NCBI RefSeq assembly: GCF_006345805.1
Contig: NC_043001.1
Span: 102,734,001-102,798,000, forward strand
Length of the DNA stretch: 64,000 bases
Reading direction: 5' to 3'
DNA from: Octopus sinensis
Taxonomy: Eukaryota
Shown here piece after piece: positions 12,399 through 24,885 of this stretch. Below the pieces are notes generated by a model, which was not told the origin of the DNA, ran no database searches, and worked only from the letters and a program-made list of their open reading frames with translations. How positions within the stretch are numbered: position 1 is the first letter of the stretch; each line of letters begins with the position of its first letter. The translations under genes were made by a program, and so were the position numbers.

Positions 12399-12676
12399 GC
12401 CCACAGGCATATGGCGTAGTGGTTAAGAGCACGGGCTACTAACCCCAAGATTCTGAGTTTGATTCCAAGCAGTGACCTGAATAATAATAATAATAATAAC
12501 AACAACATCAAAAAATACCTGAGGAATGAGAACCCAGGTTCGAAATTTTCCAAAGACACCTGATGAAGGCTGGAGGGTATATCAGCTGAAACGTGTTAAC
12601 AACAAACAAGATGAGGACAAATATCCGTCAAATGTAAATAATGTACTTAATTCCTCATCTCTTAAATATAGAACTT
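12399..12676 (+). mobile_element. tRNA-derived SINE with hammerhead-like/Penelope-like 3' part, copy 2
   Basis: A box TGGCGTAGTGG, decayed B box GAGTTTGATTCC, (AAT)n(AAC)n linker; colinear with copy 1 through ...cttaaatata(g/a)aact. Confidence 0.85.
12555..12597 (+). ncRNA. Degenerate minimal type I hammerhead ribozyme motif (copy 2)
   Basis: GACAC-CTGATGA-A-GGCTG-GAGGGTATAT-CAGCT-GAAACG-TGTT. The CUGAUGA and GAAA cores are intact, with a 3-nt deletion at the cleavage site relative to copy 1. Confidence 0.6.
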
Positions 12677-13066
12677 TATTAAAGTAAAAGAGATGGCAAA
12701 TGATGAGTAAGACCCAGAGAGAGAGAGAGAAGAATATTAGAAGAGTAAAAGTGAGAACTAAATTTAAATGGGAAGAGAAAGTTAGAGAAAGAAGGATCAG
12801 AGTGTGTAGGAAAATTTTTGATATCACCATGCCTTTCACTATCTCATTTTTTATCTTTGTGAAGTGCATATGATAATGAGATAATCATTTGAAATTTTCA
12901 ATGTTCCAGTATTCTTTTGGATACTTCTTTAAACTGAATTAGTTTATGCAGCCAGTTAACTCTTTTAGATGAACTTATTTTAAAAACAATGCAATAAATA
13001 TTAAAGTATTTAGCAAATACAAACTCCGTAGGGCATTTCTGTGGCACAATCCACACATGCCTGTGT

Positions 13067-13106
<40 letters not shown>

Positions 13107-13109
13107 TGT

Positions 13110-13670
13110 GTGTATGTTTTTAGTGCCTGCTTTTTGCATGGAGCATCAGCAACAAAAGATTTCCATTCAGCAAAGTTGCAAGCCACATCATGAGCTTGCT
13201 CCTAGCCCAAGGCTGATATCTGCTATAAGTTCTCCTCAACCAGATTTTAACAATTCTACTTCACTTCCAAAATCTCCTCCCCCATGCACCAGCTTCCATT
13301 CAAGAGCGGCTCTAACTAGCTCCTTTATGGCATACATAGTACATGGCCAAACATCTTCCACTGCCTTATATCAATAGATATCTCATAGACAACTCAGCCC
13401 AGATCATTCATAGTGGGGCCACATCAACAAGTTATTACTATGGTTCTCAGGAAGGCTACTTCAGTTCTATAGATTCTACTAATTTTCTTCCATGCTGCAC
13501 AGGTATAGACTGCCATAGACTGGACAACAGATGAGTTGAGGTGGAATTTAGTGTTTTGCTAAATATGTGTCCTGCTACATTAGGTGTTTCATGTCCAGCA
13601 ACTCTACCATTCCATGATAGTTTTTGTCCTTTACTGTGATTTGCATATGAATGGTCCAATTTTTCCAGTA
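13110..13670 (-). mobile_element. Degenerate RTE-clade LINE 3' fragment
   Basis: Minus-strand remnants RQWKMFGHVL, IWLRRT and EWKSFVA resemble the RTE C-terminus (RWFGHVLR, TWRRT, DRxxWRxxV). Confidence 0.5.
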
Positions 13671-13959
13671 CTCCTAACCTTATTATGTGTGAATATTATC
13701 TATCCTCTATAATAATGAGGGAATGCAAACTCTCTCTCTCTCTCTCTCGCTCTCTCTCTTACTCACTCAGACACACAAACCAAATAGTATGTTCAGTCAT
13801 TCAATACGAATGACTGCAAAATCATGAATTTAAAAACTGGCTTCAACAAGATAAAATGATAAGGAAACTAGCTAATCCATGCTGATGAAACACAAAATTT
13901 CTTTTAAACATTAGTAATGCTTTGATGTGACTAAATCTAGTGTTGATATTACTAAATTA

Positions 13960-14800
13960 ATGTTGAAAAATGCCAATAGCAAGTGAATAAACAACCAAAA
14001 GTGAACTGCTTATTGCTGGCTATTCTGTTAGACATAACATTCCCTTTGCTGATGGTATGTAAGAGAGAATTTACAGAAAGCAAGATTGCCGAAAAATTAT
14101 CAATGAAAAGAACAAAACATTTCATGTTATTCAAAATGGAATAGACGTTCATGCAAAAAAACAGCAATAAAAAATATCTGTAAGACAAGAGTTTTCTATC
14201 ATATTTGAGGAAAGTACAGACGTTTCAGCTACCCAAATTTTGGCTAAGTTGTGAGATACTTGGATTTGAATATGCACAATGTCATAGACACTTTGTTAGA
14301 TACTGCAGTCATTGAAAACGGAACAGCTCTTGGTCTTTACAATGCTGTCAAATCTATTTTGTGTGAAAGAACTATTCCTGTAGAAAATATTATTGGATTT
14401 GCAGGAAATATTTGTTCTTCCATAATGGGCACCAAAAGTAGGTTCTTGAAATTACTAAAAGATGATGTGTCTTCTGTTTGTATTACAGGAAGCATCTGTC
14501 ATTCTTTCACTCTTCATATTTCCCATACTGTCAGCATAACTACCCTCATATTTAAAGGCTTTTGTAAAAAGATTTAACAGCTTATTTTTCTCACAGCAGC
14601 AAGAGACAATAGGAGTTCCCACTTGCATTAGCTGTTGCAACAATTTCACACGAAAATACCTAAACTTTCAGAAACAAGGAAACTTTCTCAAGAAACAAAG
14701 ATTATAGTGACAGAACAATTTGCAATGTTAAAACCAGTTCGAATATGCTAAGAGCTCAGAACAATTGGATCTTTTCTTTATTTCCAAAGTAACTCAACAG
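13960..14800 (+). pseudogene. hAT transposase fossil, N-terminal/catalytic part
   Basis: Frameshifted HNIPFAD, SKIAEKLSMKRTK, FSIIFEESTDVS, VRY, NIIGFAG..MG and ICHSFTL, motifs typical of hAT (ZNF862-like) transposases. Confidence 0.8.
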
Positions 14801-14892
14801 AAGTCGACAAAGTTGTGGCTCCCAGGAGAAATTATGAAGGATTATGCAATCATGGGATCAAGCACATGCTATTTTCCTTCAATGTGTTATAT

Positions 14893-15425
14893 GGCAGCAA
14901 GCTGGCAGAATCATTAGCACATCAGGCAAAATGCCTGCTAGCATTTCATCTGCCACTATGTTCTGAGTTCAAATTCTACCAAGGTCAACTTTGCCTTTCA
15001 TCTTTTTGGGGTTAATAAGTTCAGTACTAGTTGAGTGTGGAGGTGCAATGGCCGAATGGTTAGGGCAGCGGACTCGTGGTTGTAGGATCGCGGTTTCGAT
15101 TCCCAGACTGGGCGCTGTGAGTGTTTATTGAGCAAAAACACCTACAGCTCCATGAAGCTCCGGCAGGGGGTGGTGGCGATCCCTGGTATACTCTTTCGCC
15201 ACAGCTTTCTCTCACTCTTTCTTCTGTTGGCCTGCTTGCTTAGCCAGCGGGGTGGTGTCATTTGAAGGCTAAAACAATGCGAAGTGCATTGTGACCAGCG
15301 ATGTGTAGCAACATCTGATAGCCGGGTCAGTCACGGTGATCACTAGTTGAGTATTGGGGGGTCAGTGTAATCAACTAACACATTTCTCTGAAATTGGTGG
15401 CCTTGTGTCAAAATTTGAAAGCAAC
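14893..15425 (+). mobile_element. SINE (ggcggcgagctggcagaa family) split by a second SINE
   Basis: 5' half 14893-15036 and 3' half 15342-15425. Confidence 0.8.
15037..15341 (+). mobile_element. tRNA-derived SINE (ggaggcgcaatggcc head) with 11-bp TSD
   Basis: TSD ACTAGTTGAGT at 15026-15036 and 15342-15352; second copy at 40931-41232 (-). It may correspond to the tRNA-Arg-related octopus OR-type SINEs (not verified). Confidence 0.9.
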
Positions 15426-15541
15426 ATGTGTTATGCCAAGTGAATTTAGTGAAAGGCAGAATTCCAATTTGAATATTTAAGGAGGTTACATCATCTGGAT
15501 TTAACATCATCAGAATGGAAAAAAACTCTTGAGTTTCTTTA

Positions 15542-15775
15542 TTAACCTTTTGAAATCAAACCACCTGAGACCATCCCTGGTCATATGATACCATTTCCCT
15601 GTTTTAAATCAATCTAATATTAAAAACCTTCCATCCAAAATTCCATGTTAATTTGTTTTCTAAACACCAACTTAAGAGTGACAAAGTTATTTTACTAAAT
15701 CCTTCATTATTTTCGAAATTAAGTGAAACAAAGCCAGTGAATTTCAACAGAGAAATGGTAGCTAAAAGATGAACT
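15542..15775. mobile_element. piggyBac-type MITE (TTAA/CCCTTT ends), decayed
   Basis: Starts TTAACCTTTTG. The inverse-oriented relative at 36488-36715 ends GGTACCAAAAGGGTTAA. Confidence 0.6.
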
Positions 15776-16139
15776 ACAGAAAGACATTCAATTAGCAGAA
15801 ATTAACCCCAGTAATGAAAAAAAAATTTTCAAAAACTTTATTGATGTTTACCTCAGAGAAAAAGCAATACCACATTTAATTAGGGACCTTTTTCATGTTA
15901 AAATCAGTTGTTGCTGGCAGATTTGAAACTGACTGAAATTCTTAGTGGAACTTTAGTATTTAAATAAGAGAAAGGTTTCCTTTCAATGAAGAGTGTTGCT
16001 TCTCATTTCAGTATATCTATGTCTGTCCTTCCACTAACTGTTCATTTCTTATCCACTGAGCGAAGAAACCAATCTAAATTATTTTGTTGATCGATAGAGA
16101 AGTTACTGATTAACAACAGGCAATTTACCTATCTCTACA

Positions 16140-16470
16140 GAAAACAGTACATGTTAAAAGACATAAAAGATGGACTTCATAATTCAAAATATGATTTGCT
16201 ATTCAATTTCATAACTTAACTGTTTTGCCACATTCGTCAGATAGTGTTGAAAGAATATTCTCGCAAATAAACTGTGTCAAAACAAGAAACACTAATTCAT
16301 TAAAAGCAGAGACTGTAAAAGATAGATTACTTACAAAGCAATCTGTCATTATAAACACTATGGAAAGCAGTATGTGAGAACCTGGAAAAGAATTAATCAA
16401 GGACTTGGGAGATGCTGTAAGCAAAAGACACTTGAAAGAATTAAATAAAAAAAAAACAGAAAATAACGAA
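16140..16470 (+). pseudogene. hAT transposase fossil, C-terminal dimerization domain
   Basis: LTVLPHSSDSVERIFSQINCVKTRNTNSLKAETVKDRLL, the hAT dimerization signature. It continues the 13960-14800 fragment. Confidence 0.85.
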
Positions 16471-17404
16471 TTGTTTACTTGTTTGGGAAAAATTAAAGCC
16501 AACAAAGAAAAATTATTGTGTTCTACACATAAAACTAATCTACATATATAAAACTAACTAAAATAGTACTATATTTCTATCTAAACATATTTCTATAATT
16601 TAGTGGGGTTTCTTGGTCTGTAGTTTTTTTGTTTTTTTTTCACCCCACCTCTCTGAACCTAATCTGGGGTTTTCCTGAAAATCTCAGAGGCAGCCCTGAA
16701 TAATAATGGTGGTGTTGACAACAACAACTGCTGCTGCCACCATCATCACTAATACTCTACAGTTCCATATGATGCTGCCAACATGATGCTACATCACACT
16801 TCTACACGATATTGCACAAGAAAATATTACTACTATGTTACAATAATAGAAGATTTCATCAACTTCTGCTTCATAAAACTGTTTGTAATAACAAAAGCAA
16901 CAGTATCACAACAACCACCTACACCAGCGGTTCCCAGCTGAACTCTATATGACCCCTGGGAGTCCATATAAGCAAAAGAGTAAATTGGGGACCCGCAATA
17001 GTTTATTAAAGGTCCATGGAAAACATTCTGCTTAAAATATATTCATTGCAAGAAACAGGAAGATTTTTTTTTTACATAGTTCAACCGGTACAAGTTGATG
17101 TGTGTAAAGCAAAATAGGAATTTTGGAAAAAATACTATCTACAAAACTAGTGTTCTCACATTGAATGGCTATGGGAGTCCACTAGAGTAAAACAGTAATC
17201 AAAGAGGTCCACAGGTAAAAAATGGTTGGGAGCCACTCATCCACATCATTATTGTTTAGAGATTTCCTCCCACCCCATACAAACATAAGTGGACTCATAA
17301 AGGAAATCCTATCAATATTAACCTTTTAGCATTTAGATTATTCTGTCAAATGTAATTAGCTTATTTATTCACATTGCTTTGAATTAATCATACATCATAT
17401 ATCC

Positions 17405-17670
17405 TACCTCTGCTGGTAACAAAGGGCCTCTCACTCAGAGTAAAAGGTAGACTGTATAACGTATGTGTGCAAACAGCCATGCTATACAGCAGTGAAACAT
17501 GGGCTGTGACTGCTGAGGACAAGTGTAAACTTGCAAGAAATAAAGCTAGTATGCTCCACTGGATGTGTAATGTCAGTGTGCATACATGACAAAGTGTAAG
17601 CGCCCTGAGAGAAAAGTTGGACATAAGAAGCATTAGATGTGGTGTGCAAGAGGAATGACTGTGCTGTTTT
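17405..17670 (+). mobile_element. RTE-clade LINE fragment
   Basis: KGLSLRVKGRLYNVCVQTAMLYSSETWAVTAEDKCKLARNKASMLHWMCNV, the RTE LYxxxVxxxMLYGSETW motif. Confidence 0.85.
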
Positions 17671-17984
17671 CTTTACTAATAAGTTCAACTTTGCAATGTA
17701 AACTCTGAGGCCTCTTCATTCCAGGTTTTGCTTCCATACCTGGATTTTCTTTTATCGTCTTACTACAGATTTTGATATAGGAATGAGGTCATCAGCTCAT
17801 AGGAATTCCTATGGCCATCTACAGACATGGAAACTTCTATAACAAAAAGAGATTTTGTTATGGCCAGGAGGACTATGATAAAAAGGGGATTGAGAACTAT
17901 GTCCTGGATACCTGCTGACTATATTCATTGTTTTATTCACGGATTATCCCTGACTTTACTAACAGCATCTCAGTGCATGACTTG

Positions 17985-18465
17985 TATGGCTCTCACAAGC
18001 TAATTGTCTATTACTAAATTCCTAAGGAGTACAGTGGCTTACCCCTAAACAAGTACTTCTTCTGCAGTTGTCTCACAAGAAAGACGACACTGATAGTTCT
18101 TCTTGGCACAAAACTGAACTGCATCTCATCTAGCCTCTTTTCTTGCAGTAACTTTAATAAGCTGACCCACAAATGTGATACCACTGTCACTATATTTCTC
18201 TATCTCCTTTACACTTGTAAGTGTTGAATAATGATGCTGCTACACTAGTCTTTGGATATGACTCTTTCCTCAACTACTGATTGACTATACAAGTGACTAG
18301 CCATTGTCCTACCCTGACAGATAAATCAAGCATCCCAGTGGTCACTCAAGAATGGCTTTCACTACCTTCATATTCTTAATTGTTTTGTCCAACATACTGC
18401 TATCAACTAGAACAGCTGCTCCCTCTGCTGGTTCCACATAAAGAAGATTCTCTTTCTCACATGCA
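17985..18465 (-). mobile_element. RTE-clade reverse transcriptase fragment
   Basis: Minus strand DEMQFSFVPRRTISVVFLVRQLQKKYLFRGKPLY, with upstream EGAAVLVDSSMLDKTIKNMK. Confidence 0.8.
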
Positions 18466-19635
18466 TTCTCCAGATTTATTAGCCTTTCGTTGTAGCACTT
18501 GCATGCGTCTTTCTTTTTAGAATCTGTATCCAGATATAGTTTTTTTTTTTTTTTACAAAATAATTGGTAATCCTATAACTGCTGGTGCCACAAAAAAGCA
18601 CCAGGGCTGGTACCACATAAAAAGCACCCAGTACACTCTGTAAAGTACGTAACATTAGGAAGAGCATCCAGCTGTAGAACTCCTAGTTTTGCCAGCTCCT
18701 GTCAAACCATCATAAAGAACTGATGTTAAATGGTGATGATGGTGATGATCTGCCCATAAACACTTCCCACCTAAAACATTTTGTTTCTTTCTGGTATGCT
18801 GCATTGCGGTCCAGAACAATGCCAGCCTCTAATCTTCTTTAGAACATTGGCAAATCTCTTATTTGTTTCTGCTCCCTTTAATCTGTACATCTGGACACCT
18901 GTTGCTAAGGCCATGGGTTAAATTATTTGACCAGACAGTGTATTGTCTTTGAGTAAAGTAATTCATTTCATGTTGCTCTACTTTACTCAGCTGAGTATTT
19001 GTTTCGGTCATTAGACTGTAGCCATGCTGGGGCACCACCTCGAAGAATTTTAGTCAAACGGATCAGTCTCAGTACTTATTCTATTGGTCTCTTTTACCAA
19101 ACTGCTAAGTTACAGGGTACATAGACACACCAACACTCTACCTATGTTTGTCTCCCCCTCCACCCCACCACTTGACAAAGACACGCACACACACACATAC
19201 GCACGCGCACATGCACACATGACTAGCTCCTTTCAGTTTCTGTCTACCAAATCCACTCAGAAGGCTTTCTTTGACCTGAGACTATGGTAGAAGACACTTG
19301 CCCAGCGTGAGTCTGAACTTGGAACCATGTGCTTGGGAAGCAAACTTCTTACCACACAGCCACATCTGCACCTATGTATAAAACACAATTGTAAGAAAAG
19401 GGTATTTTACGTATTCAAATAATAAAAGAACTTCTTAGCAACCTCTTTATGTGTGTGTACACACATGCAAGTGTGTACATACATAAGTAGCAAAGCAGCC
19501 GAGTTATTATACAGTTGAACAGGCAGCCTATTGGTATTACTTCTAGCCTTCTATACTCCAAGTTCAAATATTGCTGAAATCAACTTTGCCTTTCATCTTT
19601 CCAAGATCAATAAAGTACCAAACCTGTACTGAAGT

Positions 19636-19672
<37 letters not shown>

Positions 19673-21179
19673 CCCTTCTTCTCTCACCCTTTCAGTGTGT
19701 TTCTCTATTTCTGGAAGATACCCAGCTATGGACAGACAAGGAAAGGAGAGGCCGCTACAGCTCTAAAGATGACTCACCAAATTCCAAAGGGAATTGAAAG
19801 GTGGACATTAAAAAAAATAATGAGATTTGGATCTATACACACCTGTGTGAAGTTCGTGATTCATTCTGCACACAGGAATGTGTAAGCAACAAGCTTGTTT
19901 TCTGACCATATGGTTTTAGGTTCAATCCCAGTACATGGCAGCTTGAGCAAGTATCTTAACTTTTAACCTCAGGCCAATCAAAGCCTTATGAGTTAATTTG
20001 ATAGACAGAAACCGAAAGAGGCCCATCTTGCGTGTGTTTGTGTGCGTGTGCATTTATGTATGTGTATGTGGTTGTGTCTCCTTGTTTTAATATCACATGA
20101 TAGATGTAAACGAGTATCACTGTCATACAAGCGGTGTCCTTCGTTTCCAATCTCCCATGGAAACATGTTTGGCCATAAAAAAACCTGCCTCACCAAATTC
20201 CATCTGATCCATACAAGCATGGAAAAGTGGACATTAAAACAACGTTGATAATGATGATGAGAATGGTGATAATGATGATGACAGTGATGATCTCTCTCTC
20301 TCTCTCTCACTCCATCTCTCTCTTTCTCACACACACACAAAGCAATTGGCTATAGAAAGCATATACAATATTTTTTTTTAAGAGCTTTATAATAAACATC
20401 CTTGGGGTTAAAATATCATCTCACCTTCCCCTCACTTTACTATCACATCCATATAAACATATATTAAATGAAATAATTCCCACAATGACAATAACAAAGA
20501 TGATGGTGATGGTGATGGCTACCACCACCACCACCACCACCACCATCATTACTATAATTGCTATTATCATCATCATCGTCGTCGTTGTTGTTGTTGATGA
20601 TGATGGGAAAGAAAAGTAACGCCAGTGATGCTTAAATCAGATGCAATGAACCAATGTTTTTATGACACACAGCTTCACACACATATACAACAACCAAGCA
20701 GCCAACCAACGCCAAAAGTAATAAAATCTGGCCCAAAAGAATTAAAAAACAAAACAAAAATCAATAGCAAAAAAAGCAATCAAGCAAAAAAGAAAAAAAA
20801 GTAACTACAACAAAAAGAGAAACAGGTTTTTTCTTTTAAAACAAAAGCCTAGAGCCGAGGCAAAGACTTGTCTGACGTTATGTTGTGTGTGTTGTTGTTG
20901 TTGCGGTTGTTGCTTTTGCTGCTGCTGCTGCTGCGAAGAGCTGTTTGAAGTATGAAGAGAATGAGATTGATCTATTTAGTAATCTAGATAATGATAATTG
21001 GACATAGTAAAAAGTAAAGGACCTAGCCTTAAAGACTGCTGGCAACCCGATATATGTATGGACATGAACTAAGACTGATGATGATAGGGAAGGGTTGAAG
21101 GAGAGAATCAATAAGATTTCTCATCAATACATCAATTTGTTTATTCAGTAGAGGCTTGTTGGTATACATACATATGTAC

Positions 21180-21214
<35 letters not shown>

Positions 21215-22119
21215 GATATATATACACACATACACACACATGTATGTGTATATAAAATAAAACAAAGAAAAACAAAACCAGCAAACACAAAATAAAGAAA
21301 GGCTGACCCTCCCCGCTACCTACATTATTCAATAGTAGCGTGGCAAATGAAAGCTAATTATTTGCACAGCAAACACCTTGATAGCCATTACTATGTAAAG
21401 GCAGCAGGTGACATCCTGGTCTGTGGGGGAGAGAGAGAGAGAGAGAGAGTGCGTGTGTAAAGAAAGCTTATATATAACTGTAAAGAACCTGGTATTAGAA
21501 AATGTGTTGAAGATATGTATATATATTTGTGTGTGTACACACTTGCTTGCTGACACAAAGATGTATGCATATACAAGTGGAGGTACAGCAATATGGTCGA
21601 GAAATTCACTTTTGGAAATATATGGTTCCAGGTTCAATCCCTCTGTGTGATACCATAGCCGGCTGTCTTCTACTATAATCTCAGTTTGACCAATATTTTG
21701 TGAATGGAATTTGTTAGACTGAAAGTGTACAGAAACTAGTGTGTGTGTGTGCTTGCTTGCTTGCATGCATGTGTGCATGCATGCATTTCTATAATGTTCC
21801 TTTATGTTTCAGAATTTAATGTATCAACAAATAGAAATCAATGAAATGTGTAACAGGCTGAGATAAATACTGGAGTCGATATGATTAAGCAAAACTTTTG
21901 AAGGGCACTACTTTGCACAACCACAGTCTGATAACTAAAATAAGGAAAAAAATAATAAAACCATTAGAATATACATCTAATGTATAAGGAAAAGCAAAGT
22001 GATGTAGTAGGAGAAGAAATAACAGATTTTATTCATGAAAAATAGATTAAAAATGTTGAGTAATTGAAGTATGTGTAATAATGCTTTAAAACTGGATACT
22101 GAATGTATACCTTGTATTG

Positions 22120-22595
22120 CTTATTACTGTCTTGGCCTTGTATACTGCTGAAGAGAATGTAAGTCACGTAGGTAGAACCCTTTGTTCGAATCCCTGGCAT
22201 GCGAGTCCTTAAGATACCGTATTACAGTGGACTTGAAGAAGGCAAGCACATATGAGGTGGACAGAAAATGTGCTTTAAGGACACATTCGAAGCCTCGCTG
22301 AAGCGCTTTGAGATCAGCCCCAACACCTGGGAAACGCAAGCATGAGACTGTCCTGCCTGGCAAAGCTGCACAAACAGAGGTGCCACCTCCTATGAACAGA
22401 ACAGGATGTGAACTGCACAAGTCCAGAGCCAACTCCTTGCCTTCAGTTCTGGCAGATCACCAGTGCCCAACCTATGACAGGGCCTTCCAAGTAGACATCA
22501 CAGTGATTGGCCACAGCCAGACACACCGTGCACTGTCTTCTCCCATGTGATGTCCGTAGTTATCATCAATGACAAACAAACGAATAACAACAATT
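22120..22595 (+). mobile_element. RTE (BovB-like) LINE 3' end
   Basis: GGQKMCFKDTFEASLKRFEISPNTWETQA and CPTYDRAFQVDITVIGHSQTH (decayed C-terminal zinc finger), then a short 3' UTR. Confidence 0.8.
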
Positions 22596-24061
22596 ATCAT
22601 GAGAACCAGTTTAAAATGTATCTCATAAGTTTATACTGAGAGCAACTACTTAACAAGACAACAATACTTCACAGACATTCAATGAGAGTGGAGAAGTCTA
22701 TTTCTGAAGGCTGAGAACATGAAGTAAAATTTATTATTAATAAACATTATTATAAATTACTAATCAATTGTTAACCATTTTTCCAATAAAGCCCAATGGC
22801 TTTGAGTTTAAGATCTTCAAATCTTTTTAAAGACAACCAGAGAAATTCTGCTGAGTTCAGTTTGCTTTGTACAAAAGATATACCTAATTTTTTATTCTTT
22901 TACTAATTTCAGTTAGTGGAATATGACCATGCTACGAACACCTCACTTGAGGTTACTATATTATATTGGCTCTCATATGCACCTCGAATCTGGTACTTGC
23001 TTCATCAATCTCTTTGAAGTTATGAAATTTGTTTTGCTTATTGCCAAGTGAACTTCTTGAGTACATAGCCATGTGTGTGTGTGTGAGCATGTATGCACAT
23101 GTGCATAATATATTATTCAATATTCCATTTCTTTTGGTTCTGGTAACATATTGATAAGACTAACAACAAACAATATGTGTTACATAATTCTATGTGATTC
23201 AGGTTTATTGCAAGGAAGAGATACCAAAACATTTTAGACTAGAATTCTGTCCAATGTATATTTTTTTGTTTTTTATGCATGACACATCAGAAACTACACA
23301 GGAGTCCTGGGTTTCACTGAAGAACTGATTTCTTTGTTTAAAAAAAAAAGTCGTACATGAATCTAAAATCATTAGATTCTTTACAAAATACTAGGCCTAG
23401 CACTTCTGATAAGAAGGTATTATTTTTCACGTAACCAAGACTGCTTAAGTTTCTTCTTCACTCTTTATGCCAATTGTTTACCCATAACGAAGCAGAGATA
23501 TTTCCCAATGCTAAAATTATTCTTTCATACACCTATCCTTCCAGCATCTCACTTGCCAAATAACACAATCAATTATTTTAAAAAATTAATCTTTCAGCAG
23601 AGTGTCCGTGTAGCATCTTCATAGATTCTTTGTCCATTCAAAATAGCAGCCTGTAAGAAAGTGGTAGCTTTTATACCAGTGGATATCAACCATGGCTCCC
23701 AAGGGGTATCTGCGATCCTCAAACATCCTTCTGATACTCCTCAACAGTCTTACTTCAATAAATATAAAGTTTTCTTTGATTGGCTCGTTTTATTTTATTT
23801 TATATTATTTATTTATTTTTATTTTTTTGGTGCAGCCCCCTAAAAGAAATCTAGGTTCTGGATCTAGCCTGGATATTAAAGAAATTCAGGACCACTGTTC
23901 TACACAGTCACTCAACCTACTAGAAATAGCAGCCAAATTTCCATACAAATCACACACTGCTAAGTGTTTAAAAAGATATATACACTGGATGATGTAATTC
24001 TTTAATGCAATAATACTAAACAATAACAACCACTAACAACACTCCAAACTGAATACAACCA

Positions 24062-24102
<41 letters not shown>

Positions 24103-24104
<2 letters not shown>

Positions 24105-24885
24105 GGCCTTTGCACAGCTTCTAACACTGGAGATGTACTACAGTGTCAGCTGTTCACTACCAATGATCTAAGGTAACACCTCCTATTTTTCGAGCACCTT
24201 CCGGAGTATTCAAGCGGCTCCAAGCAGTGCGGTTTTCTGCAAGTGCTCCATCCTTATTGCAGCCCCTATTTGTTCCATGTGCTTCTCAAGATTTTTGCTC
24301 TCTGTTCCCAGGGCTCCAAGAATTATTGATACTACTACTACCTTTTCCATCAACCACAACTGTTTAACTACCCAAGCTAACCTGTCATATCTCTCAACTT
24401 ATTATTATTATTATAATTATTATCATCATTATTCAGTAGTTTTATTTTCAGGGTTGCTTTGGCACATTTTTCTAATCCAAATTTCATATCTATTTATTTG
24501 GTAAATCCATGTACTGTCTGTAGTAGTGTTTCCAGCTGTTTAGGTCATCCATATATAAAAGTTGCTGACTGTTTTGCCGTAACATTTGTATCCACATCCA
24601 GTTCTATTTAGCATGTCAGATAGAGGTGTCAGTGCCAAGCAGAAAAGGAGTGGAGAGAGCGTGTCTCCCTGGAATATTCCTCTTCTAATGGGGATAGCTT
24701 TGGTTTCCATGAGTCCCTCTTTTGTTTGGAGCTGTAGCATTTATTCATGGAGTGTCTTATGTCTGCCATTTATTCATGGAGTGTCTTATGTATTTTATAA
24801 TTATTGGTGCTACCTTGTTCATGGCTAGTGTTTCGAGGATCCACGTGTGGGGAATACAATCAAAAGCCTTTCGGCAGTCGATTAT
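24103..24885 (-). mobile_element. R4/Dong-clade non-LTR element, truncated (RT core plus RLE-proximal C-terminus)
   Basis: KAFDCIPH, IRRGIFQGDTLSPLLFCLALTPLS and YMDDLK; C-terminal VSIILGALG...LQKTALLG...ILRKVLE. Flanked by (TAA)n/(ATT)n at 24062-24103 and 24880-24900. Confidence 0.85.
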
